A stretch of DNA of 64,000 bases from an uncultured Acidobacteriota bacterium (lineage in GTDB: Bacteria; Acidobacteriota; Thermoanaerobaculia; Multivoradales; UBA5704), in NCBI GenBank assembly GCA_963770895.1, contig CAVYRF010000002.1, positions 1,696,001 through 1,760,000 of the forward strand, read 5' to 3'. The notes under the pieces were generated by a model. It did no database searches. It worked only from the letters and a program-made list of their open reading frames with translations, and was not told the origin of the DNA. Below are positions 21,439 to 30,089 of the stretch, piece by piece; position 1 is the first letter of the stretch; each line of letters starts with the position of its first letter. The position numbers and the translations under genes were made by a program.

Positions 21439-22728
21439 GTGGCGAAATGGCGAATTGCGATGTTGGCGGTGCTGGCGTCGGCGGCCCTGGGCGGGGTGCG
21501 GCTGGCGGCGGCGGTGACGCCTTGCGTGGCGGATGGGACGACCCTATGCATCGACGATGCGCCGGGGGATCAGCGGTATCAGCTGCGGGCGACGTACCAG
21601 ACGGCGCAGGGGGGTGGGCTGTCGGGTAACGGGCACGCGGTTTCGCTGGCGCCGGTGGGGTTGAGCGGCGGCGGGGCGTTCTGGTTCTTTGCCGCGAGCA
21701 ACCCGGAGATGCTGGTCAAGGTGCTGAACGGGTGCGGGGTCGACGGGCATCATTGGGTGTTTGCCGCGGCTACCACCAATGTCGGGTTCAGCCTGGTGGT
21801 GACGGATACGTTCACCGGCGCGACGCAGACCTACACCAATGCCGATCTGACGCTGGCGGCGCCGATCCAGGACACGGCGGCATTCGATTGCAGCGACCCC
21901 TGCTCCAACGGCGACCTGGCGACGCATATCGATACCTTCACGGTGGCGCAGGGGAGCCCGTCGCTGGGATCGCCCCAGAGCTTTGCCTGGTCGTTGAGCG
22001 GTGCCGGTCCCTTTACGCAGTCGCTTTCGGGGACCGAGCTGACCGGCGTTTCGTTGGCCGGGAGCGACCGCACCTACAGCTTCAGCCCGCAGGTGTCAGG
22101 GCCGCACACGGCGACGCTGGCGGTGAGCGGACGCTGCGGGTCGGACAGCAAGTCGATCGATTACGACGTGCTCGCGACGTGCACGCCGCCCACCATCGGT
22201 TCCTTCACCGCCACCTACGCCGCGAACGAAAGCGCAGCCTGCGCCGGCGACAGTGTCACGCTGTCGTGGGCGACCGGCGGCTCGGGCGCGGTGTCGATCA
22301 GCCCCGCGATCGGCGCCGTCGCGGCGTCAGGCTCGACCAGCGTCACGGCCAGCGCGCCGACGACCTACACGCTGGCCAAGACCGCGGCCTGCGGCACAGC
22401 CACGGCGACCCTCAACCTGCAGGTGGCCAAGCCGGCGTCCATCCAGTACTTCACGGTCGACGAACCGATCTCCTGCGGGGCTCCGGCGACGTTCCGGTTC
22501 GACATCGAAGGCGACGGCATCCATTGGCAGCTGCTGACCGACACCACGTTCACCTCGCTGTCCGGGACGGGGTCGGGTCCGCAGACCGTCAACTACACCC
22601 CATTTCTGACAGATTGCGGTAGGACCGTCCAGATGATGCTGAGTGCCTGGGGCGCCTGCTACAAGGTCGTCTCTGCCACTGTGCAGGTGACCGTTGGCCC
22701 GTGCGCTCCCAACCAGTGCCTCGACTGA
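21439..22728 (+). CDS. Secreted Cys-containing protein with an acidobacterial-type domain and PKD/Ig-like repeats
   Basis: Signal peptide; TTLCI..FWFFAASNPEMLVKVLNGC..WVFAAATTNV; S/T-rich beta repeats. Confidence 0.75.
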   Translation: MAKWRIAMLAVLASAALGGVRLAAAVTPCVADGTTLCIDDAPGDQRYQLRATYQTAQGGGLSGNGHAVSLAPVGLSGGGAFWFFAASNPEMLVKVLNGCGVDGHHWVFAAATTNVGFSLVVTDTFTGATQTYTNADLTLAAPIQDTAAFDCSDPCSNGDLATHIDTFTVAQGSPSLGSPQSFAWSLSGAGPFTQSLSGTELTGVSLAGSDRTYSFSPQVSGPHTATLAVSGRCGSDSKSIDYDVLATCTPPTIGSFTATYAANESAACAGDSVTLSWATGGSGAVSISPAIGAVAASGSTSVTASAPTTYTLAKTAACGTATATLNLQVAKPASIQYFTVDEPISCGAPATFRFDIEGDGIHWQLLTDTTFTSLSGTGSGPQTVNYTPFLTDCGRTVQMMLSAWGACYKVVSATVQVTVGPCAPNQCLD

Positions 22729-22853
22729 CCGCCTCGCCTCGCTCGCTGCGCAGGATGTCAGCAAACGACTCGCGCGCTACCAGGTTTCGATTTTGCAGCC
22801 TCTCGATCTGCGCAGTCCCCGTGATGCTGGTCGCGCCCGAAAGCCAGGTCAGC

Positions 22854-23432
22854 CTATGGGGGATTGGGTGTGTATGCGGTTTCGAATTGGTCGATGGCAT
22901 AGCGCATGTCGGGAGTGAGGGCGTGCTTGTGGTTGGTCTTGTCAGAGAGGAGCTCGAAGCGCTCGATACAGACGACGACGAACCGGTTGGAGTAGGCGTC
23001 GAGGTGGCCGAATCCGCCATGAACGCCGACCAGGACGCCCCGGGCGATGAGGCCGAAGGTGGCGCCGGTGTCGGCTTCGCCCTCGGCGGTCGCCGCGGAG
23101 TCTTCCGGGGCCGATTTGGCCTCGGCTTCGAGCTTCGCTTGGGGGCTGCCGGGGCAGGCGTCGCTGGCGGCCCAGTCGAGCCAGGTGTCGCCCACTTCGG
23201 GGCAGCGCAGTGAGTAGAGCTCCTGCCACTCGAAGCCGACGCGGAAGATGCCGACGACGCGCACCGGCTTGCCGCCGTAGGTCTCCGGCTTGCTCACCAG
23301 GTCGCAGTAGGTGAGGAGCGGCTCCCGGGCCGCCAGGCGGGCGGTCGTCTCGGCGGCCGATTCCGGCGTGACCGGCACGGTCGAGCAGCCAAGACATGCG
23401 GCCAGGAGCAGCACAACGACCCCTCTCTTCAT
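22854..23432 (-). CDS. Hypothetical lipoprotein
   Basis: MKRGVVVLLLAACLGC lipobox-like signal; GGAGG upstream. Confidence 0.65.
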   Translation of the reverse strand: MKRGVVVLLLAACLGCSTVPVTPESAAETTARLAAREPLLTYCDLVSKPETYGGKPVRVVGIFRVGFEWQELYSLRCPEVGDTWLDWAASDACPGSPQAKLEAEAKSAPEDSAATAEGEADTGATFGLIARGVLVGVHGGFGHLDAYSNRFVVVCIERFELLSDKTNHKHALTPDMRYAIDQFETAYTPNPP

Positions 23433-23448
23433 CACGGCCTCCCCGGCT

Positions 23449-23957
23449 CTAACCTGAAGTCGCCTGCAGCCCCAAAAACTGATTATCCCCCGTTTGCCCG
23501 GCAGTGCTGGCGGTGATCTCCTTCGCCTCGACCCGTGCCCGGCAGGATGCCGAAAAGTCCACCTCGAAGCTTTCCAGGGTCTTCCCCTTCTCCTGCTTCG
23601 AGAATGGGGCCTCGCCGTTCTCCACGGCGGCCAGGGCTCGCCGCGCTCTGGCTCGGGCCTGTTCGAGCGTGAAGGGCCGAAGTCCCCGAGTTCGTTCGTG
23701 TGCTGCCGGCCGCGGTGGCGGTAGCGCAGAACCCAGGTTCGCCTGCCGCTGGGCAGAAGCCGCCGCAGCCCAAAGCCCCGCACCTCGCTGTCCCAGAGGA
23801 TCTCGACCCGGAAGACCGGCTTCCCGTGCGCACCCGTGTAGTAGGCCGTGCCGCTATGCCGGGCGGCTTTGCACTGGCGCAGCGTGAGCCGGAAGGCGGT
23901 ACCCTTGGCGCCATGTTGCGGGCTCAGGTCGGTGTCGGTGTCGGTCGTGGAGGTCAT
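23449..23957 (-). pseudogene. Tyrosine integrase remnant (arm-type DNA-binding domain), frameshifted and truncated
   Basis: LWDSEVRGFGLR..SGRRTWVLRYR..GRQ..LGDFGP, continuing in another frame as FTLEQARARARRALAAVENGEAP; no catalytic domain. Confidence 0.82.
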
Positions 23958-24066
23958 CTTGAATTTCAGCAGGATGTCAGCAAACTGACCGGTATCTGAG
24001 CGCGGCGACACGCAAACCGCAATCCGAAATCACGACGCAACAAGCTGGAATAAAAGGGCTTAGCGT

Positions 24067-25080
24067 ATGACCACGAAGAGCATCGTAGGCCAGGGTAAGA
24101 CCGTGCTCGAAATGATCAAGATCGAGCACACGCTGTTCGCGCTGCCGTTTGCGTTCATGGGGATGCTGCTGGCGGCGGGGGGGTGGCCGCGGTGGCGGAC
24201 GGTGGGGTGGATCGTGGTGGCGATGGTGGGGGCGCGGAGTGCGGCGATGGGGTGGAACCGGCTGGCGGACCGGCGGATCGATGCGGCCAACCCGCGGACG
24301 GCGGGGCGGGCGCTGCCGGCGGGGTTGGTGACGCCGCGGTTCGTGGCGCTGTTCGTGGCGGCCAGCGCCGGCCTGCTGCTGGTGGCGGCGTGGCAGTTGA
24401 ACCCGCTGGCGCTGGCACTGGCGCCGGTGGCGCTGGCGGTGCTGCTGGTGTATTCGTACACCAAGCGCTTCACGTGGGCGTCGCATCTGGTGTTGGGGCT
24501 GGCGATGGCGGGCGCGCCGCTCGGCGCCTGGATCGCGGTGCGCGGCGACGTTGCGGCGCCGCCGCTCGTGCTGGCGGCGGCGGTGCTGCTGTGGGGGGCG
24601 GGGTTCGACATCCTGTATGCGCTGCAGGACGTGGAATTCGACCGGCGGACGGGGCTTTTTTCGGTGCCCGCCCGGTTCGGGGTGCGGGGGGCGCTGTGGA
24701 TCTCGGCGCTGCTGCACGCGGCGATGCTGGCGCTGCTCGCCGTGCTGCCGCGGCTCTACCTGGCTGGACCGGCCGGGCTGGCTGGGGCGGCTGGGGCTGT
24801 TGGGCCGGCTGCGACGGCGGGATCGGCGGCGGCGGCAAGCGCGGTGGGGACGGGTGGGGCGGTGGTGGCGGGCGGTACCGCGGCGGCGGTGGCGGGGCAC
24901 GTGGCGCTGGGGGCGGCGTATTGGGTCGGGTGGGCGGGGTGCCTGGCGCTGATTTCGTACCAGCATTGGGTGGTGCGGCCGCGCGACCTGTCGCGGCTGG
25001 ATGCCGCCTTCTTTCAGGCCAACGGCGCTCTGGCGGCGTGGCTCTTTGCCGCGACCGCTGTTGCTATACTGTGGCGCTGA
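24067..25080 (+). CDS. mqnP: UbiA-family prenyltransferase (futalosine pathway MqnP-like)
   Basis: MIKIEHTLFALPFA, NRLADRRIDAANPRTAGR, YSYTKRF, DILYALQD; directly upstream of mqnE. Confidence 0.88.
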   Translation: MTTKSIVGQGKTVLEMIKIEHTLFALPFAFMGMLLAAGGWPRWRTVGWIVVAMVGARSAAMGWNRLADRRIDAANPRTAGRALPAGLVTPRFVALFVAASAGLLLVAAWQLNPLALALAPVALAVLLVYSYTKRFTWASHLVLGLAMAGAPLGAWIAVRGDVAAPPLVLAAAVLLWGAGFDILYALQDVEFDRRTGLFSVPARFGVRGALWISALLHAAMLALLAVLPRLYLAGPAGLAGAAGAVGPAATAGSAAAASAVGTGGAVVAGGTAAAVAGHVALGAAYWVGWAGCLALISYQHWVVRPRDLSRLDAAFFQANGALAAWLFAATAVAILWR

Positions 25081-25092
25081 GGGGGTGTACGG

Positions 25093-26244
25093 ATGGCGGC
25101 GACCAGGCAGGTGTGGCAACCGATTCCGGCGATCGACGCGGACGCCTTTCCGGCGGCGCTGCAGGGGATCGCCGCCAAGGTGCGGGACGGAATGCGGTTG
25201 GATGGGGCGGAGGCCTTGACCTGCCTGACCACGCCGCACCTGCTGCACCTGGGGCGTCTGGCCGATGCGGTGCGGCGCCAGCTCAACGGCAACGTCACCT
25301 ACTTCAACATCAACCGGCACATCAACCCCACCAACGTCTGCGTCTACACGTACAACTGCAAGTTCTGCAGCTTCGCGGCGCTCAAGGGCGAGCCGCACGC
25401 GTGGCAGATGAGCCACGAAGACGTCTACGCCCATGCCCGCGACCAGGGCGGCAACCAGGTCACTGAATTTCACATCGTCGGCGGTCTGCACCCCGACCTG
25501 TCGCTCGACTGGTACCTGGAGATGCTGCGCGGGCTCAAGGAGCGCTTCCCCCAGGCGCACCTCAAGGCGTTCACCGCCATTGAGGTTGGTTGGTTCGCCA
25601 AGCGCGAAAAGCTGTCGATCGAAGAGGTGCTGCGGCGCATGCGCGACGCCGGCCTGGGATCGCTGCCGGGGGGCGGCGCCGAAATCTTCCACGAAGAGGT
25701 GCGCCAGATCATCTGCGACGGCAAGCTGGACGCCGGCGAATGGCTGGAGGTGCACCGCGTCGCCCACCGCATGGGCATCAAGAGCAATTGCACCATGCTC
25801 TACGGCCACGTGGAGCAGCCGCACCACAAGGTGGACCACCTGCTGCGGCTGCGCGACCTGCAGGACGAGACCGGCGGGTTCAACGCCTTCATCCCCCTGG
25901 CCTACCACCCCGAAAACAACTACATGGGCCTTAAGTACCACACGACCGGCAACGACGACCTGCGCCACATCGCCACGGCGCGGTTGGTGCTGGACAACAT
26001 CCCCCACATCAAGGCCTATTGGGTGATGGTGACGCCCAAGCTGGCGCAGGTTGCGCTGCGCTTCGGCGCCGACGACATGGACGGCACGATCGTCGAAGAG
26101 AAGATCTACCACATGGCGGGCGCCGGCACCGCCCAGCACCTCAGCCGGCCCGAGCTGGAACGCATCGTGCGCGAAGCGGGATTCGTGCCCGTCGAGCGCG
26201 ACACGCTGTACAACCCTGTACAGCCGGTGGCTGCCGCGGTTTGA
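25093..26244 (+). CDS. mqnE: Aminofutalosine synthase (radical SAM, CofH/MqnE family)
   Basis: NRHINPTNVC, HIVGGLHP, PGGGAEIF, HIKAYW, EEKIYHMAG. Confidence 0.9.
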   Translation: MAATRQVWQPIPAIDADAFPAALQGIAAKVRDGMRLDGAEALTCLTTPHLLHLGRLADAVRRQLNGNVTYFNINRHINPTNVCVYTYNCKFCSFAALKGEPHAWQMSHEDVYAHARDQGGNQVTEFHIVGGLHPDLSLDWYLEMLRGLKERFPQAHLKAFTAIEVGWFAKREKLSIEEVLRRMRDAGLGSLPGGGAEIFHEEVRQIICDGKLDAGEWLEVHRVAHRMGIKSNCTMLYGHVEQPHHKVDHLLRLRDLQDETGGFNAFIPLAYHPENNYMGLKYHTTGNDDLRHIATARLVLDNIPHIKAYWVMVTPKLAQVALRFGADDMDGTIVEEKIYHMAGAGTAQHLSRPELERIVREAGFVPVERDTLYNPVQPVAAAV

Positions 26245-26900
26245 GCCCTACCGCGCCGGTCACCCTGGGCTTCCACTACCTGGCGGTGGACGGACCCATC
26301 GGGGTCGGCAAGACGACCCTGGTGGAGATGCTGACCCGCCACTTCGAGGGGGTGAAGATCCTCGAAGACGTGGACAATCCGTTCCTCTCCGACTTCTATC
26401 AGGACCGGCCGGGGGCCTCGTTCCAGACCGAGCTGTATTTCCTGCTGTCGCGCTTCAAGCAGCAGCGCGAGATCGCGCAGCGCGGCCTGTTCGACCGCCT
26501 GCTGGTGTCCGACTACACGTTCCAGAAGAATCGCATCTTCGCCTACCTCAACCTCTCCGACGACGAGCTGATGCTGTTCGACAAGCTGTACGCCCTGCTC
26601 GAACCGCAGGTGCCGGTGCCCGACCTGGTGCTGTACCTGGTGGCCGACGTGGGCACCTGCATGGACCGAATCCGCAAGCGGGCGCGCAACGTCGAGAAGA
26701 TGATCTCGCAGGAATACCTGGCGGAGTTGATCGACGCCTACAATCACTACTATCATTACTACACGCGGTCCCCGCTGCTGGTGGTGGATACCAGGCATCT
26801 GGACTTCCCCCAGCGCCCCGAAGACTTCGACGAGCTGCTGTATCGCCTGGCGAAGCCGATGAAGGGGACCGAATATTTTCAGCCGCTTGGATCCCACTAG
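26241..26900 (+). CDS. Deoxynucleoside kinase
   Basis: P-loop DGPIGVGKTT, NPFLSDFY, PDLVLYL; TTGA overlap with mqnE. Confidence 0.9.
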   Translation: MSPTAPVTLGFHYLAVDGPIGVGKTTLVEMLTRHFEGVKILEDVDNPFLSDFYQDRPGASFQTELYFLLSRFKQQREIAQRGLFDRLLVSDYTFQKNRIFAYLNLSDDELMLFDKLYALLEPQVPVPDLVLYLVADVGTCMDRIRKRARNVEKMISQEYLAELIDAYNHYYHYYTRSPLLVVDTRHLDFPQRPEDFDELLYRLAKPMKGTEYFQPLGSH

Positions 26901-27171
26901 CACCTCGCGCGGCGAGGTGCCAGGGACCGAGACGGGAGACCTCCAGCGCCGGCCGCCCGACCCTTAGGGGGCATGGGCGGCGCGGGCACCGGTCGGAACC
27001 AGGGCTTGATCCCGCGGTGGTTGCACCAGGGACAGGCACCTCGCGGCCCTTACCGTGGCATGGCGCCTCGCGCGCCGGCGCCACCGTGACGGGTCGCCTC
27101 CGCCGACCGCGCCCGTGAGCGAGCGGGAGCGCGACCTGTTGCGCGCGCCTCCGTTCCCGACCGCCGCACCG

Positions 27172-27212
27172 AGCCCTTCCGTCTTCCAGGCGGAGGGGCT
27201 TTTGGTTTTTTT
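27172..27212 (+). terminator. Intrinsic terminator / attenuator in the panB leader
   Basis: 13-bp stem AGCCCTTCCGTCT/AGGCGGAGGGGCT followed by TTTGGTTTTTTT, about 20 nt before the panB start. Confidence 0.75.
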
Positions 27213-27231
27213 CGGCGAAAGGAGCCATCCG

Positions 27232-28092
27232 ATGAGCCCGAAAGCGGAGGTCAAGAGCATCACCGTACCGTGGGTCGCGGCCGCCCGCGAGCGAGCCGAA
27301 CCGCTGGTCATGGTCACCGCCTACGACTGCCCGATGGGCAGGACGGCCGACGCGGCGGGCGCCGACATCGTGCTGGTCGGCGACTCGCTGGCGATGGTCG
27401 TGTTGGGCTACCCGGACACCCTTTCGGTCACCATGGACGAAATGCTGCACCACGCCCGCGCCGTGCGCCGGGGGGTGCGGCGCGCCCTGCTGGTCGCCGA
27501 CATGCCCTACGGGTCCTTCCACCTGGGGCGCGAGCAGGCGGTTGCCAACGCCGTCCGCTTCGTCAAGGAAGCCGGCGCCCAGGCAGTCAAGATCGAGGGC
27601 GCGCGGGGCGAGGTGGTGGCGGCGCTGGTGGCCGCCGAGGTGCCGGTCATGGCCCACCTGGGCCTCACCCCCCAATCCGTCCACCGCCTGGGCGGCTTCA
27701 AGGTGCAGGGCCGCGAAGAGGCGGCGAGGCGGGCGATCGTCGACGCGGCGCTGGACATGGAGGCGGCGGGCGCCTTCAGCCTGGTCCTCGAATGCGTGCC
27801 GAGCGACCTGGCGGCGGAGATCACCAGCCGCGTGACCATCCCCACCATCGGCATCGGCGCCGGTCCGATGTGCAGCGGTCAGGTGCTGGTCTACCACGAC
27901 CTGCTGGGGCTCGAAGAGCGCATCGCGCCGCGCTTCGTGCGCCGCTACGCCGAGCTGGGCCGGGAATCCCGCGAAGCCATCGAGCGCTTCGCCGCCGACG
28001 TCCGCGGCGGCCGCTTTCCGGCGCCCGAAGAGGGCTACGGCAGCGGTCCCCGGCCGGCGGCGGGCGACTCCTTGCAGAAGCTCTACGGGTAG
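27232..28092 (+). CDS. panB: 3-methyl-2-oxobutanoate hydroxymethyltransferase
   Basis: MVTAYD, LVGDSL, VADMPYGS, HLGLTPQS, IGIGAG; AAGGAG RBS. Confidence 0.96.
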   Translation: MSPKAEVKSITVPWVAAARERAEPLVMVTAYDCPMGRTADAAGADIVLVGDSLAMVVLGYPDTLSVTMDEMLHHARAVRRGVRRALLVADMPYGSFHLGREQAVANAVRFVKEAGAQAVKIEGARGEVVAALVAAEVPVMAHLGLTPQSVHRLGGFKVQGREEAARRAIVDAALDMEAAGAFSLVLECVPSDLAAEITSRVTIPTIGIGAGPMCSGQVLVYHDLLGLEERIAPRFVRRYAELGRESREAIERFAADVRGGRFPAPEEGYGSGPRPAAGDSLQKLYG

Positions 28093-28100
28093 CCGCGGGC

Positions 28101-28958
28101 GTGCTGCGCGCGAGAGATGCGGCATCGCTGCGGCAGAGCCTTGCCGCCTGGCGGAGTCAGGGGGACACCGTTGCCTTCGTGCCCACCATGGGGGCGCTGC
28201 ACGAGGGACACCTGTCCCTGCTGCGCCTGGCCCGCGCCCGCGCCCGGCGGGTGGTGGTCTCGGTCTTCGTCAACCCCACCCAGTTCGGGCCGGGCGAGGG
28301 CTTCGACCTCTATCCGCGCCAGCTGGGCAGCGACGTCGCCATGTTGGAGGCGGAAGGGTGCGACCTGCTGTTCGCCCCGGACGCCGAAACCCTCTACCCG
28401 GCCGGTCACGCCACCTGGGTCGAGCCGGCCGGCCCCGCGCTGGGGCTGGAAGGCGAGCGGCGGCCAGGCCACTTCCGCGGCGTCGCCACCGTGGTCTGCG
28501 CGCTGCTCAACCTGGTGCGGCCCGACGCCGCGGTGTTCGGCGACAAGGACGCGCAGCAGGTGGCCGTGGTGCGGCGGCTGGTGCGCGACCTTCATCTCGA
28601 CGTCGAGATCGTCGCCGGACCGACCATCCGCGCCGCGGACGGCCTGGCGATGTCGTCGCGCAACGCCCTGCTGTCCGCCGAAGAGCGCCGCGCAGCGGTG
28701 GTGCTCCACCAGGCGCTGGCCGCGGCGGCGGCGGCGATCGCCGCCGGTGAGCGCCAGGCCGACCCGCTCCGCCAGCGGATGCGCCAGGTGGTCGAACGCG
28801 AGCCGCTGGCGCGCCTGGATTACGCCGAGGTGGTGGACGCAGACACCTTTCAGCCGCTGGCGGCCCTCGCCGCCTCCGCCCGGATCGTGCTACCGATCGC
28901 CGCGCGCCTCGGCAAGACCCGGCTCATCGACAACTTCCAGCTGGCGGTCGAGCCTTGA
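28101..28958 (+). CDS. panC: Pantoate--beta-alanine ligase
   Basis: VPTMGALHEGH, FVNPTQF, RPGHFRGV, GLAMSSRN, RLIDN. Confidence 0.96.
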   Translation: MLRARDAASLRQSLAAWRSQGDTVAFVPTMGALHEGHLSLLRLARARARRVVVSVFVNPTQFGPGEGFDLYPRQLGSDVAMLEAEGCDLLFAPDAETLYPAGHATWVEPAGPALGLEGERRPGHFRGVATVVCALLNLVRPDAAVFGDKDAQQVAVVRRLVRDLHLDVEIVAGPTIRAADGLAMSSRNALLSAEERRAAVVLHQALAAAAAAIAAGERQADPLRQRMRQVVEREPLARLDYAEVVDADTFQPLAALAASARIVLPIAARLGKTRLIDNFQLAVEP

Positions 28959-29096
28959 TGTAGACGCCGGTCTGCAACCCAACCCGGCAGGCGCCGCGTC
29001 GCATCGCGCCCGGCGTGGCGCCCGCGGTGGCGCCGGCGCAGGTGGAGGTGGCGGCGCCCGCTGCCGCGACGGCTTGAAGCGCCCGCCCGTCTAGCG

Positions 29097-29257
29097 AGTG
29101 TCCCGCCCGGTTAATTCGCATAGTAGTCGCTTGCCCTCCGGCCCCCTGCCGGCGTTCCGCCTCCTCGACATACGTTCGACTATGCCTGCGTCGGCGCGCC
29201 TTGCCAGAGGACCGGATTGCAGCGCGACTACCATGCGAATTAACCGGGCGGGCCACT
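29097..29257. mobile_element. 161-bp MITE/REP-like element with 34-bp terminal inverted repeats
   Basis: AGTGTCCCGCCCGGTTAATTCGCATAGTAGTCGC (29097-29130) pairs with 29224-29257 at 32/34 positions. Confidence 0.7.
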
Positions 29258-29264
29258 GGCGGGA

Positions 29265-29909
29265 TCAGGCGGCCAGGTGGCGGTGGGCCTGCGCCAGGTC
29301 GTGTTGCAGCTGGAGACGCGCTTCCTGGCGCCGGGCGGCGTCGGGCATCCGCAGCACCGCCGAGGGGTGGACGGTGGGCGTGATCCAGGCGCCCCACCGA
29401 CTGTCGAAAAACTGCCCGCGGTCGCGCGTGACGCGCGCCTTGTTGCCCAGCAGCGCCTGGCAGGCGGTGGCGCCCAGGCAGACGATGCCGCGCGGCTTCA
29501 CCAGCCGGATCTCCACCTCCAGCCACGGCCGGCAGGCCTTCACTTCGCCCTGGCCTGGCTGCTTGTGCAACCGCGTCTTGCCGCGCTGCTCCCACTTGAA
29601 GTGCTTGACCGCGTTGGTCACGTACACCGTGTCGCGGGCGATGCCGGCGGCCGCCAGCAGCTGATCGAGCAGCTGCCCGGCCGGGCCGACAAACGGCGCC
29701 CCCGCCCGATCCTCCTTGTCGCCTGGCTGCTCCCCCACCAGCATCAACGCCGCGGCCCCCGGCCCCGCCCCCATCACCACCTGCGTCGCATGCTTGTACA
29801 GGTCGCAAGCCGTGCACCCCTGGGCGGCCCGCGCCAGCCCCGGCAGCGTCGGCGCCTCAGGAATGAAGCGCCAAGCGGCGGAATCGTCCCTGCGTGCCGT
29901 ACCAGCCAT
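29265..29909 (-). CDS. udgX: UdgX family uracil-DNA binding protein (family-4 UDG fold)
   Basis: CTACDL, VGEQPG, TNAVKHFKW..RGKTRLHKQP R-loop with His, TVHPS. Confidence 0.88.
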   Translation of the reverse strand: MAGTARRDDSAAWRFIPEAPTLPGLARAAQGCTACDLYKHATQVVMGAGPGAAALMLVGEQPGDKEDRAGAPFVGPAGQLLDQLLAAAGIARDTVYVTNAVKHFKWEQRGKTRLHKQPGQGEVKACRPWLEVEIRLVKPRGIVCLGATACQALLGNKARVTRDRGQFFDSRWGAWITPTVHPSAVLRMPDAARRQEARLQLQHDLAQAHRHLAA

Positions 29910-30089
29910 ACACCACCTGTGTACAAGACCGATGCCACTGCTTGGTTGCCTGGCGGCGGGAGCCGTCAGGGTCGCGCCGCCGCCGGCGTGGGCAGGAGGC
30001 TGGGCTACAATCGTCAGGAGCCGCGCGCGCCCCGGCCTGGGTTGCCCTGAACTGGCTCTCTCCCCGCTGCCGGCTTTCAGGAGACTCGC

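Larger units (their letters stand above)
22750..23985. repeat. 17-bp perfect direct repeat GCAGGATGTCAGCAAAC (22750-22766 and 23969-23985)
   Basis: Exact match read directly; brackets the lipoprotein gene and the integrase relic. Confidence 0.85.

Noticed and set aside
22820-22850. tRNA 3'-end-like TGGTCGCGCCCG near the direct repeat
   Set aside because: No T-loop or cloverleaf context; too short to call an att/tRNA fragment
22854-24011. 385-aa integrase-lipoprotein fusion in the ORF track
   Set aside because: Artefact of the integrase frameshift; the lipoprotein has its own RBS and signal peptide
29910-30089. Possible TPP riboswitch upstream of thiG
   Set aside because: A hairpin is present, but the CTGAGA and AACCTGA..GCGNAGG cores are absent
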